Of a stretch of DNA of 64,000 bases, positions 19,340 through 28,503 are shown one piece after another. The notes under the pieces are model-generated. The model was given only the letters and a program-made list of their open reading frames with translations, was not told the origin of the DNA and did not search any database. Source of the stretch: an uncultured Gammaproteobacteria bacterium. GTDB lineage: Bacteria > Pseudomonadota > Gammaproteobacteria > UBA9214. The DNA is taken from the NCBI GenBank assembly GCA_963773065.1, contig CAVYZN010000005.1, positions 1-64,000 of the forward strand, read 5' to 3'. Both the position numbers and the translations under genes were made by a program. Every line of letters starts with the position of its first letter. The first letter of the stretch is position 1.

Positions 19340-19406
19340 GTAGGTTCGAATTCATTCGAACAAAAATATCAATGAAACCCCGTTGTGCGAATGAATTCGC
19401 ACCTAC
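19340..19406. repeat. GTAG-type REP doublet
   Basis: GTAGGTTCGAATTCATTCGAAC ... GTGCGAATGAATTCGCACCTAC. Confidence 0.75.
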
Positions 19407-19504
19407 GCATTCACGTGTGCCGCGGCCCTTCAGGGGCTGACATCTATTATCCGTCGCCTAAAGGCGAGGGGTTTACTGAACCCCTATCGTAGGACTCTAA
19501 ACTT

Positions 19505-20383
19505 TCATGGCTTGGAGTGCGGGTCCGGCGCCAGGCCAGGCGTTTCAACTGCGCTACGCGGAGAACTCTCCCACGCCACCATCGCACGTTTGCGAACCTG
19601 TCCCCAGCGGTAATCGCCGATCACGCCCGTCTCGCGAATCACGCGATGGCAGGGTATGAGGTAGGCCAAGGGATTGTGCCCCACCGCCGTCCCCACGGCG
19701 CGAGCGGCGGCGGGCTGATCGAGCGCCGCCGCCAGGCGAGCGTAGCTGACGAGCGTGCCCGGCTGCACCTGCAGCAACGCCCGCCATACCCGCACCTGAA
19801 ACGTCGTGCCTTTGACAAACGCCCGCAAGGCGGATCGCGCATGGCGGCGGGTCTGCCGCGCAAAGATCCCGCCGGCCAGCCGTGCCGCGTTGGCGTCGTC
19901 CCGGTGCAGCCGCGCCAGCGGCCAGTGCTCCTTAAGCGCGGCCAGTTCCGCCGCGGCGTCCCCGGCGTCGATGAAGGAGAGATGGCAAATGCCACGGGGG
20001 CTCTCGCCGAGCAAACACTGGCCGAAGGGACTGTCGGCGATGCCGGCGGAAATAGTCCAGCCCGCGCCGCCGGATTTCACTTCACCGGGCGAGGCCGCCT
20101 CCAGAATCACGCAGAGATCATGCAAGCGGCCCGGACCGGAGAGTCCCGAACCCAGGGCGGCATCGAGAACGCTCGTGCCCTTGCGCAGCAAGGCCTTCGC
20201 ATGGGCCAGCGTGAGGCACTGCAGAAAATCCTTGGGCGTGATGGCCGCCCAGACAGAGAACAGGCGGTGAAAGTGGAACGGACTCATGCCGGCGACTTCC
20301 GCCAGCGTGGCCAGGTCGGGTTGCTCGGCGTGGCACGCATCCAGATAGCGGATGACCAGCGCAATGCGCTCGTAATCGTTCAT
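19505..20383 (-). CDS. AraC-HTH / methylated-DNA-protein-cysteine methyltransferase (Ada-like, no Zn domain)
   Basis: SPFHFHRLF HTH, GTTFQVRVWRAL, IPCHRVI active site. Confidence 0.92.
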   Translation of the reverse strand: MNDYERIALVIRYLDACHAEQPDLATLAEVAGMSPFHFHRLFSVWAAITPKDFLQCLTLAHAKALLRKGTSVLDAALGSGLSGPGRLHDLCVILEAASPGEVKSGGAGWTISAGIADSPFGQCLLGESPRGICHLSFIDAGDAAAELAALKEHWPLARLHRDDANAARLAGGIFARQTRRHARSALRAFVKGTTFQVRVWRALLQVQPGTLVSYARLAAALDQPAAARAVGTAVGHNPLAYLIPCHRVIRETGVIGDYRWGQVRKRAMVAWESSPRSAVETPGLAPDPHSKP

Positions 20384-20597
20384 GAGTCCATACTGCCACG
20401 CAGGGGTTGGCGTTCCCACCCGATTCTTGCGGCGATTCAGATTTTTCCGAAAGCCACGACGAGGCAGGATAACGGTGAAACTATACCTGAACGATCCAGT
20501 GGTATTATCAATCGAGATAGGAAATCATGCGGAAGTATAATTAACCGGAACTCGCCATCCACCAAAGGGTCACACCAGTGCAAGCTCATTCACATTT

Positions 20598-21212
20598 ATG
20601 AGCGGAAAGGACATCATGAATCGATCCGGATTACTGGCAATTGGCGCCGGTGCCGTCTTCGTTATTACGGCGCTCGTGCTGGTTGCCGGGATAAACAATG
20701 ACTCAAACCGACAGGATGCTGCTGCCATGAACGGGAAACCAGTTGAGACGGCTACGACTCCGGGTGAGCAAACCGCTTACCGGAAACCCAGTGAAGAGGA
20801 GCTGCGGCAGCGCCTGACGCCGCTGCAATACGAGGTCACCCAGGAGGAAGGCACGGAACGGGCATTCAAAAATGAATACTGGGACAACCACCAGGAAGGC
20901 ATCTATGTCGATATCGTGTCCGGCGAGCCGTTGTTCAGCTCCCGGGACAAGTTCGACTCGGGCACGGGCTGGCCGAGTTTTACCCGGCCGATAGCGGAAA
21001 CGTCCATCGTCAACCACACGGACAGGCGGTTTTTCATGAAGCGCACCGAACTGCGCAGCCGCATGGCCGGCTCGCACCTGGGCCACGTGTTCGATGATGG
21101 TCCGCAGCCGACCGGGCAGCGATATTGCATCAACTCGGCTTCGCTGCGGTTCATTCCCAAGCAGGATCTGGAGAAAGAAGGCTACGGTGAGTACGTCAAG
21201 CTGTTTGAGTGA
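20598..21212 (+). CDS. msrB: Peptide-methionine (R)-S-oxide reductase with N-terminal membrane anchor/signal
   Basis: [24 protein letters not shown]. Confidence 0.95.
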   Translation: MSGKDIMNRSGLLAIGAGAVFVITALVLVAGINNDSNRQDAAAMNGKPVETATTPGEQTAYRKPSEEELRQRLTPLQYEVTQEEGTERAFKNEYWDNHQEGIYVDIVSGEPLFSSRDKFDSGTGWPSFTRPIAETSIVNHTDRRFFMKRTELRSRMAGSHLGHVFDDGPQPTGQRYCINSASLRFIPKQDLEKEGYGEYVKLFE

Positions 21213-21218
21213 CTGAAT

Positions 21219-21480
21219 AATAGCCACAGAAGCACACGGAATTACACGGAAAGTAAAAAAGTGAGAAGTGAAAAGTGAAAAGAAAAACCCTGCTGGCCAA
21301 TGAATCCACAGAATATTAGTAAATTGCCCGCTAGGCGGCATCGCGCGCAGTAAAGGTACTGCATTCCCATCCACTGCATTAGCGACTGCGCTTTCGACAT
21401 CCAAGCACCGGCACGACGTATTTTCACTTCTTACTTCTTACTTCTTACTTTTTTACTTTCCGTATGCTTCCGTGGCTATT
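21219..21480. repeat. Composite long inverted repeat (GCCACGGAAGCA arms plus heptamer AAGTRAG runs)
   Basis: Arms of about 60 nt around a spacer of about 135 nt, between convergent msrB and folD. Confidence 0.75.
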
Positions 21481-21517
21481 TGCCCGGAAGTAACTGCCTG
21501 CGTACCGGCAGGTTGCC

Positions 21518-22363
21518 TTAGCGCAGCGTCTGCTCCGCCGCCTCGACGGTCTGCTCGATCAGCGTGGCAATCGTCATCGGACCGACGCCGCCGGGTACCG
21601 GCGTGTAGGCGGCGCACCGGTCGATGACGGCGGCCAGTTCGATATCGCCCACACCGCCCGAATGATAGCCGGCGTCGACCACCACGGCGCCTTCGCGTAT
21701 CCAGGCGCCCTTGATAAATTCCGGCCGGCCGACGGCGCCGACGACGATCTCGGCCGCGCCGAGGATGGCGGCGAGGTCTTGGGTGCGCGAGTGACAGATG
21801 GTCACGGTGGCATCGGCGTTTAACAACATCATCGCCATCGGCTTGCCGAGGATGGGACTCCTGCCGACGACGACGGCGCGCCGCCCCTCGAGGGGAATTT
21901 CATAATGCGCCAGGAGTTTCATGATGCCGGCGGGTGTCGCCGATCCATAGGCCGGTTCCTGCATCGCCATCCTGCCGAAGCCTAGCGTGGTGACGCCGTC
22001 CACATCCTTCGAGAGCGCGATGGCATCGAAGCAGCGGCGTTCGTCGACGTGGGCCGGTACCGGATGCTGCAGCAGGATGCCGTGGACATCCGGGTTGGCG
22101 TTCAGCACGGCAATCCGGGCCAGCAGTTCCTCCGTGGTGGTGGCCTCGGGAAGATCGATGCGCAGGGAGTCCATGCCCACGCGCCGGCAGGCATTGCCTT
22201 TCATTCTGACATAGGTCTCGGAGGCGGGATCAGTGCCGACCAGCAGGGTCGCGAGGATGGGCGTACGCCCCTTCGATAGCGTCTTGATTCTTGCCACGCG
22301 CTCGGCAAGCCTCGCCTCCATCTGTTTCGAGAGTGATTTACCGTCGAGCACGGTCGCTGACAT
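21518..22363 (-). CDS. folD: Methylenetetrahydrofolate dehydrogenase/cyclohydrolase
   Basis: [26 protein letters not shown]. Confidence 0.96.
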   Translation of the reverse strand: MSATVLDGKSLSKQMEARLAERVARIKTLSKGRTPILATLLVGTDPASETYVRMKGNACRRVGMDSLRIDLPEATTTEELLARIAVLNANPDVHGILLQHPVPAHVDERRCFDAIALSKDVDGVTTLGFGRMAMQEPAYGSATPAGIMKLLAHYEIPLEGRRAVVVGRSPILGKPMAMMLLNADATVTICHSRTQDLAAILGAAEIVVGAVGRPEFIKGAWIREGAVVVDAGYHSGGVGDIELAAVIDRCAAYTPVPGGVGPMTIATLIEQTVEAAEQTLR

Positions 22364-22389
22364 GGGCGTTTCCTCTGAAAGAAATAAAC

Positions 22390-22474
22390 TCACCGCAAAG
22401 ACGCAAAGTTCGCGAAGAAACTTATTAACAAAAACAATTTAAACGGCTTTGCGTTCTTCGCGTCTTTGCGGTGA
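22390..22474. repeat. TCACCGCA repeat copy 3 (empty form)
   Basis: TCACCGCAAAGACGCAAAGTTCGC / GCGTTCTTCGCGTCTTTGCGGTGA. Confidence 0.8.
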
Positions 22475-22575
22475 TAATGTCGTTTATGGATGGACACTAG
22501 GTCAGGTTAGCCCGAGGACGCAACCCAACATGACGTCACTTTTAGTCGGGTTACGTCACAAACGCGCCCGACCCA

Positions 22576-23763
22576 TTACGACTGTGCGGCATAGACCGCC
22601 CGCGCCGCCTCGACCGCGACACCCGAGGCAATCGGCGCCTTCATGCCGGTGAGCACCGCATCGAGCGCGCCGAGGCAGAACAGGACATTGGTGCGGTTGC
22701 TGGCGTAACCCATGAGGCCGATGCGCCAGATCTTGCCGGCCATGGCGCCCAGCCCGGCGCCGATCTCGAGGTTGTATTCGTTGAGCAGCGCGCCGCGCAC
22801 GGCGGCCTCGTCCACACCCGCGGGAACGGAAACCGCATTGAGCTGCGGCAGGCGCTGGCCTTCCGGCACCACGAATGCAAGGCCCATGGCCTCGATGCCG
22901 GCCTTGAGCGCCTCGTGGTTGCGCCGGTGGCGCGCCCAGGAATTTTCGATGCCCTCTTCCTTGAGGATCACCAGCGCCTCGTGCAGGGCATAGAGCGTAT
23001 TGACCGGCGCGGTGTGGTGATAAGTGCGTTTGCCGCCCCCGCCCCAGTAACCGAGCACCAGGTTGAGGTCCAGGAACCAGCTTTGCACCCGGTGCTTGCG
23101 CGTGGTGATCACGTCGAGGGCGCGCTGGTTGAAGGTGACCGGCGACAGGCCGGGCACGCAGGACAGGCATTTCTGGGTGCCGGAGTACACCGCATCCAGC
23201 CCCCAGTCATCGACCTCGAGCGGCGAACCGGCGAGCGAGGTGACCGCATCCACGATGGTCAGGCAGCCATGGCGACGGGCGATCTCCGCGAGCGTTTTCG
23301 CATCCGAAATGGCGCCGGTCGAGGTCTCGGCATGCACGAAGGCCAGGATTTTCGCCTCCGGGTTGGCCTTGAGCGCGGCCTCGGCCTTGTCGGGGTTAAC
23401 GGCTACGCCCCAGGCGTCCTCGACCAGGATGGCGGTGCCGCCGCAGCGTTCGACATTCTCCTTCATGCGCGCGCCGAAGACGCCGTTCTGGCAGACGACG
23501 ACCTTGTCACCCGGCTGCACCAGGTTGACGAAACAGGTCTCCATGCCCGCCGATCCGGGAGCCGATACCGGCATGGTCAGTTGATTGCCGGTCTTGAAGG
23601 CGTAGCGCAGCAGTTCCTTCACCTCGTCCATCATGGCGACGAACACCGGGTCGAGGTGGCCGATGGTCGGGCGTGACATCGCCTCCAGGATGCGCGGATT
23701 GACATCGGAGGGGCCCGGCCCCATCAGCGTGCGCACCGGGGGATGGAAGGATGGAATGCTCAT
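22576..23763 (-). CDS. Alanine-glyoxylate/serine-pyruvate aminotransferase (class V PLP)
   Basis: LMGPGPS, VHAETSTG, VDAVTSL, SGTQKCL. Confidence 0.93.
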   Translation of the reverse strand: MSIPSFHPPVRTLMGPGPSDVNPRILEAMSRPTIGHLDPVFVAMMDEVKELLRYAFKTGNQLTMPVSAPGSAGMETCFVNLVQPGDKVVVCQNGVFGARMKENVERCGGTAILVEDAWGVAVNPDKAEAALKANPEAKILAFVHAETSTGAISDAKTLAEIARRHGCLTIVDAVTSLAGSPLEVDDWGLDAVYSGTQKCLSCVPGLSPVTFNQRALDVITTRKHRVQSWFLDLNLVLGYWGGGGKRTYHHTAPVNTLYALHEALVILKEEGIENSWARHRRNHEALKAGIEAMGLAFVVPEGQRLPQLNAVSVPAGVDEAAVRGALLNEYNLEIGAGLGAMAGKIWRIGLMGYASNRTNVLFCLGALDAVLTGMKAPIASGVAVEAARAVYAAQS

Positions 23764-23886
23764 GCGTGCCTCTGGTTCCTGAATATCAGTGGTTCGACAA
23801 ATGAAAGTGGCGCAGTTTATCACGGTGCGCACGGCATGCCCTACCCCGCGAGCCGGCACGCGCCGGCCGGGAAGCAGCCGGATTTT

Positions 23887-25938
23887 TCAGGGACTATCCG
23901 GCAGCGGAGCCGAGTCCTGGCGGGTGTCTTGCGCCGGGTACAGGAAGCAGCGCACCCGGTGCTCCTCGGTGCCGGACTCCGCGGGATAGTTTTCACGGCA
24001 CTCCGGCATGGCGCTGGGGCAGCGCGGATGAAAATGGCAACCCCGCGGCGGGTTCGCCGGGGACGGCAACTCCCCTTCCAGACGGATCACCCGGCGCTCA
24101 CCGCCGGCCTCGATCCGCGGCACGGCGGACAGCAGCGCCTGGGTGTAGGGATGGCGGGGACTCTCCAGCACCGCGTCGACCGGACCTTCCTCGACGATGC
24201 GCCCCAGGTACATGACCGCCACGCGGTCGGCAAGATAGGCCACCACCGACAGGTTGTGGGTGATGAACAGATAGGACAGGCCGAGCCGGTTCTGCAGTTC
24301 CTTGAGCAGGTTCAGGATCTGGGCCTGCACGGAGACATCCAGCGCGCTGGTGGGTTCGTCGCAGATCACCAGGCGCGGAACGACGGCCAGGGCGCGGGCG
24401 ATGCAGATCCGCTGGCGTTGCCCGCCGGAGAATTCGTGCGGGTAACGCCGCACATGCTCCGCGGACAATCCCACCTGGCTGAACAACGCCTCGACGCGCC
24501 GGCGCCGTTCCGCCCTCGACCTGACGATGCCCTGGGCGATCATGCCCTCTTCCACGATGTCGCCGACCCGCATGCGTGGATTCATGGAGGAATACGGGTC
24601 CTGGAAGATGAATTGAAAATCGCAACGGCGCCGGCGCAGCCACTCGCCCGTGAGGTTCGTCAACTCGATACCATCGAAGCGGACGCTGCCAGCCGTGGGT
24701 CGGATCAGTTGCAGAATGCCCTTGCCCACCGTGGTCTTGCCGCAGCCGGACTCGCCCACCAGTGCCAGGGTGCGTCCCCGCGGAACGGCGAGGGAGACAC
24801 CGTCCACGGCATGGACGTGGCCGACCACGCGCTTGAATACGCCGCGGTGTATCGGAAAGTGTACCTTCAGGTCGTTCACGACCAGCAGCGTGCCGCCGGC
24901 CGCCGCCGTGATGCCCTCATGCCGTTGCGGCGACCGGTCCGAGGCAACGGCCGCGGGTGCGCTTACCGTGGGATCCGCCAGGTGACAGCGCACGTGATGC
25001 CGCTCCGTTCCCAGGTTCCAGGACGGGACATGGCTGCGGCAGTAGTCCCAGGCACGGTCACAGCGATCGGCGAAGCGGCAGCCGCTGAATTCGTGATCGA
25101 GATGCGGCACGAATCCCGGGATGGTCGAAAGGGCATGATCGCGCTTGCCGACCTCCGGCAGCGATTCGAACAGCCGCAGGCTGTAGGGATGCTGCGCCCC
25201 GGTATAGAAGCGGTTACGCGTGGCCTCCTCCATCAGTTGACCGGCATACATCACGGCGACGCGATCGGCCATGCCCGCCACGATGCCCAGATCATGGCTG
25301 ATCAGCAGGATGGCCATGTGGGTGTCGCGCTGCAGTCGCTGCAGCAGTTCCAGCACCTGCGCCTGGATGGTGACATCGAGCGCCGTGGTGGGCTCGTCGG
25401 CGATCAGCAGGTCCGGTTCGCCGGCGAGCGCGATCGCGATCATGACGCGCTGCTTCATGCCGCCGGAGAGCTGGTGCGGATACTCGGCATGGCGGCGTTT
25501 GACATCCGGTATGCCCACCGCATCGAGCAGTTCCAGCACGCGCTCGCGGGCGGCGCGGCCCTTCAGGCGGTGATGCTGCCGCAGCGTCTCGCCGATCTGG
25601 TCGCCGATGGTCAGCACCGGGTTGAGCGAGGTCATCGGTTCCTGGAAAATCATGGCGATGCGCCGGCCGCGCACGCGGCGCATCTCGATTTCCGGCAACG
25701 CGGTCAGATCCTGGCCGTCGAGAAACACATGGCCGCCGATGATGCGCCCGGCCGGTTGCGGCAGGAGGCGCAGCATGGCCAGCGCGGTCATGGATTTGCC
25801 GCAGCCGGACTCGCCCAGCAGCGCGAAGGTCTCGCCCCGGTTGATCTCGAAGCTGACGCCATCGACGGGACGGACGGCCCTCTCTCCGCTGCCGATACGC
25901 ACCTCGAGGTTTTCCAGTCTGATCAATGGCTGCGACAT
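23887..25938 (-). CDS. Oligopeptide ABC transporter, fused double ATP-binding protein
   Basis: Two GESGCGK Walker A motifs, LSGG/FSGG signatures, oligo_HPY tails. Confidence 0.95.
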   Translation of the reverse strand: MSQPLIRLENLEVRIGSGERAVRPVDGVSFEINRGETFALLGESGCGKSMTALAMLRLLPQPAGRIIGGHVFLDGQDLTALPEIEMRRVRGRRIAMIFQEPMTSLNPVLTIGDQIGETLRQHHRLKGRAARERVLELLDAVGIPDVKRRHAEYPHQLSGGMKQRVMIAIALAGEPDLLIADEPTTALDVTIQAQVLELLQRLQRDTHMAILLISHDLGIVAGMADRVAVMYAGQLMEEATRNRFYTGAQHPYSLRLFESLPEVGKRDHALSTIPGFVPHLDHEFSGCRFADRCDRAWDYCRSHVPSWNLGTERHHVRCHLADPTVSAPAAVASDRSPQRHEGITAAAGGTLLVVNDLKVHFPIHRGVFKRVVGHVHAVDGVSLAVPRGRTLALVGESGCGKTTVGKGILQLIRPTAGSVRFDGIELTNLTGEWLRRRRCDFQFIFQDPYSSMNPRMRVGDIVEEGMIAQGIVRSRAERRRRVEALFSQVGLSAEHVRRYPHEFSGGQRQRICIARALAVVPRLVICDEPTSALDVSVQAQILNLLKELQNRLGLSYLFITHNLSVVAYLADRVAVMYLGRIVEEGPVDAVLESPRHPYTQALLSAVPRIEAGGERRVIRLEGELPSPANPPRGCHFHPRCPSAMPECRENYPAESGTEEHRVRCFLYPAQDTRQDSAPLPDSP

Positions 25939-25963
25939 GGTGTGGGTGTCCGAATTAGAAATC

Positions 25964-26102
25964 TCACCGCAAAGACGCAGAGCACGCGGAGAAGATCAGA
26001 ATCATAATGACTTCATAAACCGTATACGCCCGGCTGCACCTGCGTCCCGGAACTTTTGTTTGACAAAATCTTCACTCTGCGTCCTCTGCGTCTCTGCGGT
26101 GA
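25964..26102. repeat. TCACCGCA repeat copy 4
   Basis: Same arms with a longer spacer. Confidence 0.8.
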
Positions 26103-26116
26103 ATTGATTGCATTTT

Positions 26117-27526
26117 TCAGCGCTGGCGCAGGCGCGGATCGAAGGCATCGCGCACGGCGTCCGAGAACAGGTTCGCCGCCAGCACCAGCGTGAACATGAA
26201 CAGGAAGGCCGACAGCAGCGACCACCACACCACGGGTTCGCGCGCCATCTCCAGGCGGGCGCCGTTGATCATGTTGCCCCAACTGTTCATGGTGGGATCG
26301 ACGCCGACGCCCACGTAGGAAAGCACCGCCTCCGCCAGCACCAGGCCGCTGAAATCCAGCACCACCGTGATCAGCACGATGTGCATGACGTTGGGCAGGA
26401 TATGCCTCGCGATGATCCTGGCGTGCGAGGCACCATAGCTGACGGCCGCCTGGATGTATTCCGACTCGCGCAGCTTGAGCGCCTCGCCACGCAGCAGCCG
26501 GCACAGGCCGGTCCAACTGGTGATGCCGAGAATGATACACAGAAACAGCAGCCGGATATCGGCCCGCTCCACGCTCGTTTCGAACTGATCGGGATGGTTG
26601 GCGATGTAGACCTGGAGCATCAGTATGGCCGCCGCGATCAGCAGCACATGCGGGATGGAGTTGAGCGTGGTGTAGAGATACTGGATCGCATCGTCGATCC
26701 AACCGCGTGCATAACCGGCCAGGATCCCCAAGAGGATGGCGAACGGCAGCATGACCAGCGTGGTCAGGGTGCCGATCACCAGCCCCGTGCGGATGCTTTT
26801 CAGAGTCTGGTAGAACACGTCCTGGCCCACTTTGTCGGTGCCAAAGACGTGATAGGCCGCGGCAAAGTTGACTGCCAGGAAGAACAGCAGCAACAGGACG
26901 CTCATGGTGTTCCATATGACTCGCCAGGGCGCCGCGGTGCGATCCGCCACGATGGCGCGCAGGGCGGCGCGATACGGTTGGCGGCGGCGGCGTGAGAGCC
27001 GGTATGCCATCAGCACCAGCAGCAGCGCTCTGGCCACCACGGCTTCGAGCAGCGCCCGCCCGGCGCGCCGCAGCACATCCGGCCGGAAATCTCCGGCGGG
27101 ATCCCGCAACTGCCGTCCCCCGTACTCGAGCCGCGGGTATTCCCGGGTCTGGGCGCCATTGGCCCGTCGCACGGCTTCCTTCGTAAACAGATGCGTCGCC
27201 AGCGGCGCCGAGTAGGTTTTTTCGGTCTGCGTGCGCACCGGGCCGAGGAGGTAATCCAGCGCGCTCAGCACCTCGGCGGCATAATGCACCTCGCCGCCTC
27301 CGCCGTTGTCCTGCAGCGCCAGCCGGTAGTGGAGCGAATCCAGCAGACCGATCAGTACGTAGGCCAGCAGGATCACCGCCGAGGCCGAGGCCAGCCGGCG
27401 GGAAAACACCCGCGTCCAGGGGTCTCGCAGGTACGGTTTGCGGCGTGCGTAAAGGATGAACGCCAGCACCACGGCCACCAGGATATAGAGCAACGCATCC
27501 GTCCACAGGACCACCGGCCTGATCAT
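26117..27526 (-). CDS. Peptide ABC transporter permease (OppC-like)
   Basis: FGTDKVGQDV, EYIQAA...HILPN. Confidence 0.93.
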   Translation of the reverse strand: MIRPVVLWTDALLYILVAVVLAFILYARRKPYLRDPWTRVFSRRLASASAVILLAYVLIGLLDSLHYRLALQDNGGGGEVHYAAEVLSALDYLLGPVRTQTEKTYSAPLATHLFTKEAVRRANGAQTREYPRLEYGGRQLRDPAGDFRPDVLRRAGRALLEAVVARALLLVLMAYRLSRRRRQPYRAALRAIVADRTAAPWRVIWNTMSVLLLLFFLAVNFAAAYHVFGTDKVGQDVFYQTLKSIRTGLVIGTLTTLVMLPFAILLGILAGYARGWIDDAIQYLYTTLNSIPHVLLIAAAILMLQVYIANHPDQFETSVERADIRLLFLCIILGITSWTGLCRLLRGEALKLRESEYIQAAVSYGASHARIIARHILPNVMHIVLITVVLDFSGLVLAEAVLSYVGVGVDPTMNSWGNMINGARLEMAREPVVWWSLLSAFLFMFTLVLAANLFSDAVRDAFDPRLRQR

Positions 27527-28503
27527 GTCAGCCGCACTCGAGGATCGACCACGGTGTAGGTGATGTCCACCAGGATCAGCCCGATGATGTAGAGCACCGA
27601 GCCGAGGAACACCATGGCGCGCACGATGGCGAAATCCTGGCGGTTGATGGCATCTATGGTGTAACTGCCCAGTCCGGGGATGGCGAAGAACGATTCCAGC
27701 AGCAGGCTGCCCATGAACAGGATGGGCAGGATGACGACCACGCCGGTCACGATCGGCACCAGGGCATTCCTGAGGACGTGGCGGAACATAACGCTGGCTT
27801 CGGTGAGTCCCTTGGCGCGGGCGGTGCGCACGAAATCCTTGCCGGCCTCTTCCAGGAAAAAGGAGCGGTACAGGCGCGAGCCCGAGCCGATGCCGCTCAC
27901 CATCCCGATAATCACCGGCAGCACCAGGAACTTGAATGCGTTGTCAAGGCCGGTGTCGTACCCGGAGATCGGCATCAGACGCAGCAGCTTCCCCAGCAGG
28001 AACTGGCCGCCAATGATGTAGAACATGGCCGAGACGGACATCAGGATCACGCACAGGACGACGCCGGAGACATCGACATAGCTGCCCCGGAAAAAGGCCA
28101 TGAGCATGGCGAAGGTGATCTCGATGAACACTCCCACCAACAGGACCGGGATGGCGATCGCCAGGCTAGGCAGCATGCGCTCGCGGATATCGCGACCGAT
28201 GTCCCGGTCATCATCCGAGCGCCCAAAATCAAACGCAAACAGCCGCACCGACTTCTCGAAGAAGACGGTGTCGGTCAGCCTGGCGGATGCGCTCGCGGCC
28301 GCGTTGTAGAGCAGCGGCTTGTCGTAGCCGCGCTCCGCCTTCCAGTTTTCGATGGCCTGCGGCGTGACGCGCTTGACGCCAAGATGCAGGCGGGCCATGT
28401 CGTCCGGCGAGTTGACCACGAAAAACAGGTAAAAGGTCAGCAGGTTCACTCCGATCAGTATCGGGATGGCATAAGCGATGCGTCTGACGAGATAGGCGAA
28501 CAT
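27523..28503 (-). CDS. Peptide ABC transporter permease (OppB-like)
   Basis: MFAYLVRR, VRTARAKGL, VDPRVRL. Confidence 0.93.
   Translation of the reverse strand: MFAYLVRRIAYAIPILIGVNLLTFYLFFVVNSPDDMARLHLGVKRVTPQAIENWKAERGYDKPLLYNAAASASARLTDTVFFEKSVRLFAFDFGRSDDDRDIGRDIRERMLPSLAIAIPVLLVGVFIEITFAMLMAFFRGSYVDVSGVVLCVILMSVSAMFYIIGGQFLLGKLLRLMPISGYDTGLDNAFKFLVLPVIIGMVSGIGSGSRLYRSFFLEEAGKDFVRTARAKGLTEASVMFRHVLRNALVPIVTGVVVILPILFMGSLLLESFFAIPGLGSYTIDAINRQDFAIVRAMVFLGSVLYIIGLILVDITYTVVDPRVRLT

Noticed and set aside
10192-26007. Long antisense ORFs (10192-11652, 15415-17226, 23743-26007; also 51614-53167 and 53543-54949)
   Set aside because: They are shadow frames opposite well-conserved genes, expected in high-GC DNA, with no recognisable motifs.
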